From: Vicugna vicugna
Lineage: Eukaryota
DNA length: 64,000 nucleotides
Direction of reading: 5' to 3'
Assembly: GCA_013265495.1 (NCBI GenBank)
Contig: MU058451.1
Span: forward strand, 124,001-188,000
This document shows, piece after piece, positions 49,867 through 63,702 of this stretch (its first letter is position 1; each line of letters opens with the position of its first letter). A program made the position numbers and the translations under genes. The notes under the pieces are model-generated. The model worked only from the letters and a program-made list of their open reading frames with translations, was not told the DNA's origin and did no database searches.

Positions 49867-50409
49867 CTGGAATGGGGGGCAATACATGGAGGAAGACAAA
49901 GATTGAAAAAGAAACCATACATTAGCAATAGGGTAACAAAGGGCACTGTCTCGTGCAAAATTACTAGGAAAATAAAAGAGAACATTTTAGAGTTGAATAA
50001 TTGGTGGCTGAGAATGTGAGCTTCTACGTTCTGTAGAGATGACAGTGATTCTGAAAGCCTGCAATGACTGACAGGGGTAAGTTGGATGTTAGCATCAATT
50101 AACCTGAGACTCACTGTGAGAGGACACAGTTAACTGAAGGAGCCCACAGGAGCACCAGTCCTGTCTCCAAGACGACTGTGCGACAGAAGCCTTGAGGATG
50201 CAAGGTTAGAGTCTCATTCAAGGGACACTCAAGTCTAAAGGGAATCCAAATCACTGGGCCAAAGGTGGCTCTAAAGCAGTTCAGAAAAGGCTGAACAGAG
50301 GCAGGAAGAAAGAATGTAGGGACAGAGGCGGGAGGCCAGGACACACTGGGCAGGCGCACGGGAGGGGCGCCCGTGCTGGCCGTCAGGACGAGGTTATGGG
50401 TCCTGGCAA

Positions 50410-51010
50410 CGGCCTCCATTATTCGTGAACTGGCCCCTCCGCTGACATTTATTTGTCACCCCAGAACCAACACTCATAGCACTGTCGTCACTTATGGACA
50501 TGTGCGGAGCAGCATGTGAGGGACGCCCGCGTGCACAGCTGCCTGGGGCGGAAACAAGGCCACACCACCGCTGTGTCTCAGCGCTCACACTGCAGACAAG
50601 TGTCCTTTTGGTGGACTATTTAGTTCCATGGGTTTTCACACTGTTGTGCTTTTTGTTGGTGATTCTGCTGGTGAAAACAGCTCCTGAGAGGAGCGCTGAA
50701 GTGCCATCTAGGGTCCGCAGCACGGGAGGCCGGGATGGGCCTCACGGAGAGGACGTGTGTGTGACGGGCGCTGTGTGCAGGCATGAGTTACGGGGCTGCT
50801 GGCCGTGAGTTCAGTATTAACGAAGTCACAGAACATATTAAATAAGGTGTCGTCAAACAGAAAGTACACCGACTCACTGATGAAAATGTGACCAGAGGCT
50901 CAAGGGACCTGACCCTTTATTTCTCCTAGGAGGAATGGCTCCACTTTCACTAATTCTGCATTTGCAGTGACTTCGCAGAACACGACCAAGGTGAATAATG
51001 AGGCTGTTAC
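50410..51010. mobile_element. Tigger4/MER46-like TcMar DNA transposon remnant
   Basis: catattaaataaggtgtc...aaacagaaa...gaaaatgtgaccagaggctc...tatttctcctaggag...gtgaataatgag motifs; imperfect terminal inverted repeat (cattattcgtg / gtgaataatg). Confidence 0.6.
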
Positions 51011-51197
51011 CTGGCAATGATGGCCGGATGAGGGGGGGGGCCACAAAGCGAGACTAGGTAGATAACTGAGTGACAGGACAGACCCAGTGCGCTGACCCGG
51101 ACCGACGTGTGGCCCCCCCTTGCCACTTTCAAGGAGCAGAAATGACAAGAGGAGTCAAATGGATGCAGTGAAAGCAGGTGGCTGGCCTGCACCTTAC

Positions 51198-51275
51198 CTG
51201 TGTAGGTACTCCGGGCCTCAGAGTCAAGTTCACATTTGAAACATTGCTGATTTGATTCATAAGTGGCTGGCGGTT
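51198..51275 (-). CDS. NCOA2: NCOA2 exon 18, 78 nt
   Basis: atttag| acceptor, |gtaagg donor; [26 protein letters not shown]. Confidence 0.96.
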
Positions 51276-51854
51276 CTAAATGCACACACATAGCAATCAA
51301 TACATTTTGAAATAGAACGTATTATTGTTTCTAATCACCTTCCTCAAGAAGTCACCCTCCCCGACCCAACCTCTGCATGCTGTTGGGTATGGAAACCACA
51401 GGGTCTGCAGCTGAATGCCCTTGTAAAACCAATTATCAGTGAGGTTCCCACTGCTTGTAACTCAGAAATTACTCTGGACTGTTTGGAAAACATGCTGGTT
51501 CCGAGGGAGAAACGGGGTGGAATGATCAGCAAAGGAGGCCAAGAGGAAGACTGGGAAAAAAGTAGAGGGAAAAAAGAGGAGATTTAAAAGCCCACAACTT
51601 TATTAGTTACTGTATTACAGAAAGCTGTCCAGGCTTGTTTTAGTGAGAACACATTCTCTTGAGCTAAACAGGTGTTCTGTAAGGCACCATCCCTCTGCCC
51701 TCATTCTGTTAAGAGTGATGATTTCTGTCAGGGGGCAGGACTTAGACTCGAGCTGCTGCTGTTCTGGGTGCAAACTTTGGGCTAGAATCTTTATTTGCCT
51801 GGAAACTGTGCTAGGACCTTTAAACACGTCCAGATTGCCCTGGACTGCACAACA

Positions 51855-51940
51855 ACCCCATTTTACAGATCTAAACACTGAGGCTCAGAGAGCTCAAGGT
51901 TAGACCATCAGTAAGTAATGGAGCTAGGAAATCAAAGGCG
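51855..51940. mobile_element. MIR SINE fragment
   Basis: ccccattttacagat...actgaggctcagagag core motif; similar fragment at about 52890-52970. Confidence 0.6.
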
Positions 51941-52174
51941 AGATGCTCTACATGGGTGGAGCTGGCAGAGGAGGAAGACGGGAAGGAAGTAGAACAGAGT
52001 ATGAAAAGGGTAGGATCCTCGCGGACACCCTCTTAGAAAGGACAGACAGGGTTTAAGCCTCCCACGAGGACCCACCACTGTTTCTCCGCCTCAACCTACC
52101 TTCCCTATGTCCCCCACCCACACCTTCCCCGTGTCCCCTGCCCCCGGACGTTGCAGGCACAGCCAAGAACACAC

Positions 52175-52453
52175 CTGCTGTGCTTGGAGGCGATGTTGCA
52201 GTTGAAGCCTCAGCTGGTTCGGCTGGTTCTGCACGAGGCCCGTGGGCCGCAGGCCGGGTCTGGGCTGCATGCGGAGAGTGGCATAACTGGGCCGCTGTCC
52301 CATGGTGTGAAAGTTGGGGTCCTGCATGGGCGTGTAGCTTCCCTGGGCCATCTGTGCCTGAGACGCATACTGCTGTGGGAACACAGGGGCCTTCTGCTCC
52401 AGCATGATGTTGGAGTCCTGACTCGAGAACTGTTCTGGGTCTACCGCTTGACT
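52175..52453 (-). CDS. NCOA2: NCOA2 exon 17, 279 nt
   Basis: cttcag| acceptor, |gtgtgt donor; [40 protein letters not shown]...[19 protein letters not shown]. Confidence 0.97.
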
Positions 52454-54880
52454 CTGAAGAGAAAGCCCCCAGACAACAAACAAACAAATAAACCCACTGG
52501 AGACGGCAGGGTGAACGTGGGGCTGCTTCCTCGCACTGTCCTGTAAGTGAAGCTTCTCTTCTTGTACTTACTACCCAAAGGTACTTCTGGCTTGACTCCA
52601 CTGTCTTCCTAGAAAATGCCTCTTTGTTCAAAAGATCCAGTGACTCAAGGCCAGGCCAGGGGTCAGGCCTGACTCCCAGCAACACCCCTTCTGAGGGAAG
52701 GGAGAGATGGGCTGTGACTGCGGAAGGCCGCCTCCGCAAGCCGCCCACCAGACTGACCTGAACTTTAAAATGTGAATGTCCCCTTGAAGTGGTAAGTTTT
52801 TTGACTGATTAGTCATACCTGTATAAATTGTGTAAATCAGACAAGCACCTTGGTCCCTGGCTGGGATCAGCAGTGTTGGGCACCTACCACTGTTGTTCCC
52901 ATTTTGCAGATAACAAAACTGAGACTTGGTGCCATGCAGCAAACTGTGACAAGCCCACCTGGCTAGTCATGGGTGGGTTCCTATCGAGTCTGTGACTTGG
53001 GACCTGAGCCGCCCACCAGGGTATGTGACTACTTCTGGGGCTGTCAGAGTTCCCTTCACGCCCCAGGCTTTGCCACCACGGAAGCATTTTAACATGTTTG
53101 TCATTCCTGACTTCTTACGGCTGCCCTGTCTGTCTGGGGCAGGTGGGGCAGGTGGGGCAGATGTAGAAATCGAGAATTTCTCTGGTGGGGCGGGGGGCAC
53201 CTGAGACCCAGGTGGCCCTAAATGACTGTGTGAAGAGCAGGAAAGCGCCCCTGGCTCCTTCTCTTCCGTGCACTTCGGGCGGAGCTGCTCCCAACCTCCT
53301 GATACAGAGCAGGGGGCCCAACGGCAAAATCCTCTCAGGTTTTCTTTAGCCAGTGACGCTGCAGGCCTTCCTCACTCCAGCTGACTCACGTTAGAGCAGG
53401 ACCTGGAGCCACCCAGAATCTGGGCTGAGTTCAGGTCAACCTGTGCGAACTGGGCCCATTCCCCGCCTGGCACAGTGTTTTGAAAATGTGGGTGGAAACT
53501 CCTTGAAAGAAACCATTCACTGTTGAACCACTGCTCTAACCATATCCGCAAAACTATCTCAGAACTTTAAATATTTGCCCATCTTTAACAGAGAGAAAGT
53601 TTAAGTGATTTCCATTTTGCATGAAAACACACAACTCTGATGAGGGCAAATAAAGTCCATCTGTAGTCTACGTTTCCCCGAACTCTACCTAACAATCATA
53701 TTTCTGTATTTCAGTTTAATATGATGATATCATAAGGACGATGGATTTGATGAGACAAAATAGGAATAACAAAAATAAATTTAAAAAAGGCTAAAAATAT
53801 TAAATGATGAAACACCGCCAATTTTGATAAAAACAATGCTAAGGTCACTCAGCAACCCCAAGAATCACATTTTTAAATGTCACTCTGACAAAACTCAAGG
53901 GAAGCAACGCTGAATGCTAAATTCTCACTACCACCGGAGGCAAAGCAAACCAGCCACACAGGAAGTATTTCAACTCCATTTTCCTTTTGATTTATTTCAG
54001 GTTACACTATGTAACCTCAAGTCGTTTCTTTCCATTCTGCTGTTCTCGGTATGAACCGACAAGTCTTAACTCCCACTTACGTCTGCTAAATGTGGGAATT
54101 ATGACAAGACTATTTTTGATGCTTCAGAGAAGTCTCCAATGACTCTGCATCACCTTTCTCACAGACCCTGATGACACGTCATACGTCCAAGAAGTAGATC
54201 GAAGCCCGGAAGGTACTTTTTAGCAATAAGAAATAGGGATGATTCATGCTGAGAAAAGAGGAAGACAGCAGCGAGGCTGTGACCGTTTTTTCCAGGTTGC
54301 TCTTTATACAGTACACCAGGATGCCTGCTGCACACAAACTGAGCTGTGTGGCCAGACTCAGAAAGTGCTAAGTTATTTCATGAGACCATGTTATTTATTA
54401 TACTGTCGCCGTTAAGTAGTCTTCAGGCAGGGAATTATTACTTTATTTACCAGGAGGGGGAAGCTACATAAGCACACTAGGGCTGGTCACCTTTCTCCTT
54501 TTCCCTGCCATGGATGCTTAAACCTCCTCCACATCACTGTGAGCTAAATCCAAGCAGAGGTCAAAATGATTACCGGATGGCAGCTACCTTTAAATTAGCC
54601 TCTGCTAACTTATGTGCAAAGTATTCTTTTAGACAAGTAGCTCCCCATCACTAGCCCGAGTTCTATGTAAAGCTCATTCTCAGCATCTACCATTCTTGGG
54701 CAAAAGTTTCTGTGGGAGTAACAAGGGGACGGGGAGACAGAAAACAGCGCTTGCTTGTTACGCGGTAAGGAAGTATTCTAAAAAGCAGACTGCAGGTTAT
54801 CTGTAAACAAGAGAAAACCGACACCTCCGTGCCCACGAAGTGCTTGGCCTCCGCCAGCCTCAGCTTCGCACGGCGCCTAC

Positions 54881-55046
54881 CTGGCTGACCAGCTCGGGTA
54901 TCCCCAGAGCCCTGTCGATCTCCTCCAGGCCGTCGAAGTTTCGCAAGGCCAAGTAGAGCTGGTCCAGGAGAGCGCCTTCGTCGCTTGGGGACTCAGCTGC
55001 AGGGTGTGGGCAGAGCAGGTCATCTGGAGAGCTGCCGAACGGCTGC
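54881..55046 (-). CDS. NCOA2: NCOA2 exon 16 (CBP/p300-interaction domain, AD1), 166 nt
   Basis: ccacag| acceptor, |gtaggc donor; [55 protein letters not shown]. Confidence 0.98.
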
Positions 55047-58000
55047 CTGTGGAGAGACAGGTTCATCTTGGGCTCGTGGACTAGAGAACCTTTTTTCCCC
55101 CTTAAAGACAAAAGTAGTGAAATACTGTACCAGCCAGACATGGAACAAAAAGACAAGCCAGATAGTAGATACGCTTTTTGTTCAGTGCCTAACAGAGGCC
55201 GGACACACATCTAGGCCTTAGCTGTTAATGATCTTTGTTTTTACTGCCCCCTCTTTAAAGCTGGCAAAGCTGAGAATTAGAGAGGTTGTCACACCATTTG
55301 GTGGCACTCACACAGGCAGACGCTGCAAACCTGGGATTCAACACTGATCCAGGTGATTCCAGGGCCCACCTGACCACTGTTCCCACAAATCTACGCTGAC
55401 TCCTCAAGCACACACACATTTAACTTTGCACTAAAGTCATCAAAGGACATTTCTGAGTTTTAGCAGGAAAGACGAATTGACTGCAGTCTCATTTCACACC
55501 AGGCTATGATAACCTTTGGGGGGAGACTTGACCACCGGGAGCATAAAAGCTCCATTAGTTTTTTTTTGAACTCAGCTGTTGTTAGACTACACTTGGCTGG
55601 ACTAAAAGGAAATTTCTTAGTCATGCAGAAGTGGGACTTGTAAACACTTATTAAAGTCCTCAAGAAATGTGGCTGTTAGACTTCCTGAGTTAGTCAGGAG
55701 AATTAGATCATGAACACACAAATTAAATCTATTATATAAGGGAATAAAAACCTTAACACTAAACTCCGAATTATGTGGTACATGAACTAAAACTCACTGA
55801 CAAAATTCACTGAGAGAGCTTATTAAAAAGACCCTTCTGATAAAAATGAAAAAAGAAAAGGAAAAAAAAAATAAAAAGAGCTTCTGGGTTACTTTAATAC
55901 CAAAAGGGGAAAAGATAATCTAATTTGTACTCAGAGTTACTACATGGTGTTTTGGAGAAAATCCAGTTTACAGGTAAGTACCCATCTTAAGCAGTGACAC
56001 TCACTGAGGGGTGAATTACCTATCCAGTTTGGTACCATGTTTTCTAAAGACAACTATGTGCCCCTTTGGCCTAGAATCCTGAAATGCTGAGGATTAAAGC
56101 AGACAGTTTCACACAGTTCTAACCCAGTATGTTACAAACAATCTATACTCTCCATCTAGCCCCAGTCGCTTGTGAAGAAAATCACCCAATGAAGTGTGCC
56201 CTCGATGACACTGCTCATTCTGCCCCTGGAGCTGAGCCCTCATCCCAGGGCTGGCAAGGTATCCCAAGGGGCAGTGCAGCCACCACCACGAGCCCAGCGG
56301 GTGTGCCACACCGCCCACCCCGCTCCATCCAAGCTACGAAGGCCAGCACTCTTGGGGGCCCTGCTCTGGCCAGGGGCACTTCTCCACCAGCCTCTTCTCC
56401 CGGTCACCGCCGCGATTCTCAGAGACGCCAGGCACCAGAATAGCGCCTCCCCCACCCTTCCGCTGCCACACTCTCCCAAAATTAACTTTTTAGCACAACT
56501 GTGATCAGATCACTCCATGACTGCGACACTCAGGGAGTGGGAGGAAGGAGCAGACACAGTGGCAACAAGGAGAAAAACCACAGGCCTGCAAGTCACGGAA
56601 GCAAAGAGCGGAGGCAATTCCCCAAAGAGGAATGACCAACATTTAGATGTGGTAAATTTCATGGACAACTAGTTCAAGCCAGCCAGGAATGGAAGCTGTC
56701 CATTTACCAACCCTCTTGGATCTGGGACCTCACTCCCCAAAGATGCTAGTTCAGTGAGGTATTAAATATTTTCTTTCTCTAGCTTTATTTCATAATTTTC
56801 AACTTCTGTTTCTTTATAAGCTGTCTTCCTCCACAACCACAACCGCCGCCCCAGATCTCCCTGCTGATGGTAGGCTAACGGGAAATCGACTCTTAACTCC
56901 AGCAAGGCTGCGGGGACTCCACCTGAACCCAGACGCCTGGTGTGCATCAGACTGAGAGGCCGGGTTGGAAAGGAGGGGAGAGCATCTTGTACCTTTTTAA
57001 GACCACCTCACTCCAGGAAAGATACAGCCAAGTGCTTAAAGAAAAAAAAATCTAATGCACATGTTCATTCGCATCTATACGATTTCCTACATAATAGTAA
57101 AATAACCCGTTTTTATTACATGCTTTTTTTCCTTTTTTTAATTAAAAAAATTACACTGTGTGACCCAGATGCCTACTGTGGTTAAGGTCCCCTGCAGTGC
57201 AAGCTGGGACTCAAGATGCTTACTTAGTCTCTCTCCAATCCTCCTGATGTGATGCTGTCAGGTTCCTTTTCCCAAAGCACACTTTACTGAGCTGACTCAA
57301 AATTCTTGCTTCACTGTCCCAGGACGATGTCTAAGGCCCTGGGACAGGGTGGTGGTGGAATTCAAGGACACACACACACTTTGGTAGAGCCTAACCTCTC
57401 CCAGGGTAATGCGCACGACTTCCCTGTGGGTCCCAGCCACCTTGGGCAACTGGTCTTTTCCCAGAGGATGCCATGTGCATCGCCAGGAGGCTAAGACCTC
57501 TCATCCCACACTTCCCACTCTTGTCTCCAGCTACCATCCTCCCTTCCCAGAAGGGTCGACGGAGCTCCTGCACAGCCACTCCTGACCGCCCCAACTCTCA
57601 GCTCTAGGACCATCTACATGGTCTTGATGTTGACATTTATTTAAAAACATCAACCTCTGACCATGCCTGGTGAGGACATCTTAAATCTCTTTTGTTGGAC
57701 CAGTTCTTGAACTGCGTAGGTTCAGTAAGTTTCCAGCTGGTGAAAATAAAAGGTTCCCCAACCTAGCCGAGATAGCTATCGTAACCTGTACTCAGAAAAA
57801 CACACTGTGTTGTGGCTGGGTATTATAAATCTGGGCACACCGTGAGCTACGTCACTTCCCCCAGAGACATCATGATAGGCTTGCCTTACAGAAAAAATAC
57901 CGATCCGTATTTCCGATCCCAGCTTTTTTCACGTGTACTCTCAAAGTTCTGCAAAAGAGTAGCAGCTACTATGTGATGAGAAATAGTCAACCAAAGAAAT

Positions 58001-60169
58001 ACTCTTAGACACATTGCAAATAACAGAAAAGTAGATTAACTCAGAAATCTTGAACTTAATGTGAAAGGAAGTCTTTCAAGAAAGGGAGCTACTGTTTGCT
58101 TTTATAAATCAAACAAAAATCGTAAAAAAAAATCACCTATAAATTTGGGGCTGTATTTTAAACATCTCTTACATACTAGATGAGTAAGGCGGAAAAACAA
58201 TGGAACTACAGAGAATGAAAATTCTGCTATAAATAAGTAAGTACACAAATATGTTAAGAGATCTTTAGGGCTAAATTGTTGCCTTTCTGAAATGGGTATA
58301 TAAACTAATGTTGGGTTCATAAAACTTGAAGAAACCTATTTCTAAATACGTAGGTAGTAAAAATATAAACTGTTAATGGTGATACTGATAAAGGGGACTA
58401 AGGAAAAAGCACTGCTTTTCTTTTATTTTAAAAGAGAGACATGGTTAAAACCTTTGTTATCCATCATTTTTGAATTTCTATGACAGGAAGACTACCATAA
58501 AGCTGGTCATAAATTTCCTCCAAAGTGAATTATTTAAAATAAGAGGAGTTAATGCCTGGAAGAACTGAAATAACTTTAAAAGTCGTGGGAATGTTTTATT
58601 TCACCCAGAGTTCTCATACAAAGAGAACAGACAGTAATGGCAGCAGCAAGAGAAGGGGGACAGTGCTGAGTCACAGAAGTGCCTGCAGCAAACCCCACCA
58701 GCCAGCTCTGTAACGGGATGCAGTGCGTACCCTGGAATTCTTACATTTTTGTTTTTTAACAGCACCCTCCTCTGCTTGGGCAACAGTGAAAACTCGAACT
58801 TTGGGCCCAGCTTTCCCTGAAAACTAATCTTGGACATTTCATCCAAAAACAACTATCAGGTGCTGGATTCAACTACTGCACTACATTTTTATTATGAGTG
58901 AGTTTCCATGGAAATGGATTTTTTTAACATATCAAATAAACATATTTAGAAAAAGCACAATACTCACTGACACCATGAAATTAGACTCGAAGAGCTGGAA
59001 GGACCCCGAGAAAGTAGCACCCCCGAGAAAGGACTGCAGCGGTCACTGACGCGGTGCTCTGTTCCAAGCACACCCAGTGGAGGAGGCCACGCTGGTCCAG
59101 CGAGAGCCGCGCTGACCGACTGCGGTTCCTCTGTCCGCTCTCCCACGGCCTCGCTGCTACTCAAAGTGTATCGGGAGGAGCGGCGCTGCTGGCTTCCCCC
59201 GGGGCTTGTGAGACATGCGGAACCCTGGGCTCGCCCAGACCCGCCTTTCCACGAGACCTCGGAGACGGTCACAGACACAGTGGGGTTTGAAAACACTGGT
59301 TTCTCCCCAAGTGAACAGAATACAGCTGGCGATTACCCTTCCACCATTATCTCCCTAAAATAGGTATGAAGCAGTTGCCCTAACCTTCATTTCTTTCAGT
59401 GAAAAAACCCAACTTCTCCTCACACAGCCTGTTGCTGGGTTCACATCCATCTTCTGCTGTTTTGGTTCTTTAAAACCTCACTGATCCTCTGACTCTTTTA
59501 TTACCCCTCTAAGAGACAGAAAGGAAGATGGCCACCACACCACAGCGCTGAGCTAGTAAGCAGCAGCACCTCGGCCCGGAGGAGGAGTCACTACAAAACC
59601 TGTGTGTGTATATATTTTTTAAACAAACAAGAAGCTCTGGAAATATTCTACCCTTATGAAATTTCAGAAACCCTGCTTTCATCATTTGTAACTTTGATAA
59701 AAGTATTTGATAATTTTAGACTAGAGTAACTCGAAAAGGACACAATGTTCAGTCTGCAGTAAGGTCCTCACTGGGGCGCCAACCTGAACTCTCTACATGT
59801 GAGCCTCAAGGCCGTATTTCTCCAGTTTAAGCCTTCTCATCTGTTTACCTTCCAGAAAACACTGCCTGATCCTTTAAGTGCACACACTGCCTCTTGTTTA
59901 GTCTCCTAACTAGCCCCCTGCCTCAGGGCTCTTCGCCCACCCAACCAGCCAAGCAGCAGGTAGCCCTCAAGGTCACCTGTGTGAGATGTCTGTGCTTCCA
60001 GTGCTTTGCTAAAAAACAATGGGACTATGCATGTAACACAACTCTGATGTGTCTCAAGATCAGCTAGGAACTCCCAATGAAAGATTACCAAAATACGCAG
60101 GGAAACAGGCCACCATGAGTAAGAGTCAATCACTGGATTTAGAACCACAAGAAATCCATACGTTGGAAT

Positions 60170-60870
60170 TACCGATTCAAGAAATTTAGAAAATAATGAT
60201 GAATGTAATGTTTAAAGATACACAGACGGAATCGCGAAAATAAGCCAATGATAAGAGACTATGAAAGATGACCAGGCAAACAGAACTTTTAGCCATGAAA
60301 AATATAACCAGATTAAACACAGCTGAAGAGACAATTAATGAACTGAAATATAGATATGAATAAATTATCCTGAATGTGGTACAGAGAGATAGGGAGATGG
60401 AAAATATACAAATTAAGAATTAAGGAAGGGGGGTAGGGTGTAGCTCAAGCAGTAGACCACATGCTTAGCATGCATGGGGTTCTGGGTTCAATCCCTGGCA
60501 CCTCCTCCAAAAATAAATAAGTAAACTTAATTACCTCCCACTGCCAAAAAAAAAAAAAAAAATTGAGCGTAGAATTTTTGAAAATCTAATGTAGAAAGTG
60601 ATGGTATAACATATATCTCACCAGAATCCTAGAAAGAAAGAATAGAGAAAATGGAGGAGGGGCAGTAGATAAAGGCTAAAAATTTCCAGAGCTGATGAAA
60701 AACACCAATCCACAGATTAAAAAAGGCACAACATATACCAAATACCAAGCAGTATAAATAAACCCACACCCAGACATGATGCACGGAAACTACAGCACAG
60801 CAAATACAAAAATATTTCATGAGCAATTAGAAAAGATTACCTACAAGAGACCAAAGATGATTAGACTGAT
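60170..60870 (+). mobile_element. old LINE-1 ORF1-region remnant, interrupted by a SINE
   Basis: cagattaaacacagctgaagagacaattaatgaactgaa; aaaatttccagagctgatgaaa; cccacacccagacat. Confidence 0.65.
60428..60562 (+). mobile_element. tRNA-derived SINE (Vic-1-like)
   Basis: gggtgtagctcaagcagtag...atgcttagcatgcatggggttctgggttcaatccctgg...A tail. Confidence 0.85.
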
Positions 60871-61551
60871 AATCGGCACCAAAAATATTCAGTCGACCTT
60901 GATCACATACAACTTCCTTTTTCAAAAAATTTCTTCAGTGTCTGAATGAAAAAAGGCTGAATTCTTCAGAGTTTGGTATTTAGGACCTTCTATAAATCTA
61001 TTACTAACCTACTCTTACAGCTAAATCTTCTGATACTGGCTTTTATTTTATTTTTTTTTAACGTGGTGGAATATAATTAACATAAAACCACACTGTTCTC
61101 TGTTACCCTGAACGCTTCTGTAACCTCCAGCTCTGAGGGCGCTGCTCTGCCAGATGGACTGGCTTCCTGTGTCTCTGCTTCCTGCAGTGATACCCTTCCT
61201 TCCAGGCTCTGAAGCTCTCCCCAGTCACCCCAACTGGATGACCTCTTGAAGTATGGTTGATTTCTCTCAGCATTTAAGGCACATAGCACCCCTCATACTA
61301 CAGCTATCAGTCTACATATTTTATTTCCCGACTAAATTGTAACTTCTTTAAAGTCATGCCCTAAGTCACGCTGATTTTTGGATTCCCCCCACACCCCTGC
61401 ACTGCCGGCTCAGTTAACGATAAAATGTGAATAGATGACAACTGGTCAGGCACCAACTATTCAAAGGGGAGAGGGGACTTCTGGCCTGGCCTGAGGCAAC
61501 TCATGGAACTCAGGAACTGCGCTCTGGGCCTCCCGGGTGCCCAGCACTCAC

Positions 61552-61681
61552 CTGTTCTGGCTGGCGAACGGGGCCTGGTCTATCGGCAGGATGCTTTCCG
61601 GCCACGGAGCGGTCTGGTTTGGAGGTGCCTGCTGTTGGCTATACTGAGGTCCCCCCATGTTCATCTCTAATTCAGATGGCC
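61552..61681 (-). CDS. NCOA2: NCOA2 exon 15, 130 nt; gene continues right of the window
   Basis: tttttag| acceptor, |gtgagt donor; [43 protein letters not shown]. Confidence 0.96.
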
Positions 61682-61889
61682 CTAAAAAGAGAGAATAGAA
61701 CAACCCCCACATCTTACAACTTGTAATCAGGGAAGTGTCTGTTTTGGCTACATTATATAAAGTGAAGTATCTGGTTCACAGAAAATGAAAAAGAAGCAAT
61801 AATAACGAGGTGAAGCTAATGACAGAATTTTGGTTTTTTAAAAAAGGGCAATAAATATTAAGACTAATCAGCCACTTTAGGGACTATCT

Positions 61890-62737
61890 AGACCAGCTGT
61901 CCAAACCTCTTGTAATATCTTACTGATATTTACTGAAATGGAAACTAAAACTGGAAAATGATTATCAATTTATTTAAAAATCACCATAATAAATCCAGTA
62001 TGTTAGCATAAGCAAGGTTTTTTTCTTCCAGTTTTATTGAGATATAACTGACATGTAGCACTGCACAGGAAGTATAAGGCGCACAGCATGATTTGACTTA
62101 CATACATCATGAAATGATTAAGTTTAGTGAACAGACACAAATGAAAAAAACGAAATTTTTTTTTCCCTTGTGATGAGAACTCTCAGACTAACTTTCATAT
62201 GTAACATACAGCAGTGTTCACATTAATCACGTTATATGTTAGGTCCCTAGAAATTGTTTATCTTATAACTGGAAGTCTGAACCTTTTGACTGCTTTCCTC
62301 TGATTCCTCCTCCCCACACTTCCCTTCTAATAACTATAAATTTGATCTCTTTTCCAATGACTTTGTTTGCAACACATAAACAAGATTTTTTTCAGTGAAC
62401 TCTACTGTATGTCCATGAGAGAATGAGAGTGAAAAAGATAAATAATTTTAATCTTACTATGGAAATAGTTTTGGCCTTGCAGACCCCTTAGGGCATGGGG
62501 TCCTGGACATACTTTTTTTTTTTCCCCGGTGATTTATCATAACATTTTGTGTATATTTCCCTGTGCTATACAGTGTAATCTTGTTTATCTATTCTACAAT
62601 TTTGAAATCCCAGTCTATCCCTTCCCACACCCTCCACCCCCCCCGGCAACCACAAGTCTGTATTCTCTGTCCATGAGTCTTTAGATTCCACATATGAGCG
62701 ATCTCATCTGGACATACTTTTGAGAAGTGCTGGTCTA
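61890..62737. mobile_element. Charlie1-like hAT transposon remnant with two nested L1 3' ends (about 62020-62370 and 62517-62707)
   Basis: tagaccagc...gctggtcta inverted ends; duplication ctggacatactttt at 62503-62516 and 62708-62721 around the second insert. Confidence 0.6.
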
Positions 62738-63587
62738 CACTACCTGCTCCGAAACTTAATGGACTGCACTGCAGTTAACCCTTCCACCAGAGTAGAGGAG
62801 CAGAAAGGAGGCCCAGGCAACTCAGATGTGCTCTTTCTTAGGAGTTCTCGTTAGGAGTTTAAAGCTAGTGTTTAAGCTAATGACATGAGCTCTTTAACGA
62901 TTTGACTGTCATTATCTGTAGACCTGTTTACATTTCAACCGTAATTTTCTATTGATTTCACGGCTTTGTTGTTGTTGTTGTTGTTTAACGGTGTTTTTGA
63001 GTTTATTTAAAGGATCAGAGAAACTCAGCGACACAATGAAGCTCATAGAGCCTTATTTCGAGCTCAAAAGCCAGGTGCCCTTCAGTGAAGAATGAGGATA
63101 AATGAAGTTTCTGGATAGAAGGGATTTATTATTCTGATTTTTAAATGAATGAATCATTAGTTTTAAAACTTCCCAGGTTATTTTTGCATGGAAATCTGGC
63201 CATTTTTAGCATTTTTCATGCAAGCCTCAAATTATGTGAATTTATGTTTATGGAACACACATTAGTTCCAAGTAAATTCTCTGTAGAAAGGCAAGATTAA
63301 TGTCATCTTTCAGAAACAATAAACCAAAATGTGCTGAGCAATTAAACTGGGAAAGAAAACCGATGCTGGGGGGTAGAATTCTGTATGATCTTGTCAAAAC
63401 AATCCTGGCATCTTCCTGTTAATGATTTAGCTCTGACTCATTGTTAGTATCTAAGAATATGAAAAAGTACATAAACATCAACTTATCTGAATTATACTAA
63501 TGTACACGATAAGAGGAAGGTTAATATATCAACGATTAAGAAAATGATCTCAAGGTGTGAGTTGCACATACCATTAATTTTTTGTTA

Positions 63588-63702
63588 ATAATGGTTTTAC
63601 TTTGTGCTGAACACTGGAATTTGACACAACATTGTAAAATGATTATAAATCAATAAAAAATGTAAAAAAAAAAAGAATGAAAAAAAAATAATGGTTTTAC
63701 TG
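63588..63702 (+). mobile_element. short young LINE-1 3' end with target-site duplication, inserted at the end of an older antisense L1 (to about 63970)
   Basis: aataatggttttact on both sides of tgctgaacactggaatttgacacaacattgtaaaatgattataaatcaataaaaaa-A tail. Confidence 0.75.

Noticed and set aside
52053..52748. 231-aa ORF overlapping NCOA2 exon 17
   Set aside because: Alternative frame with a non-ATG start in intronic DNA and no recognisable homology.
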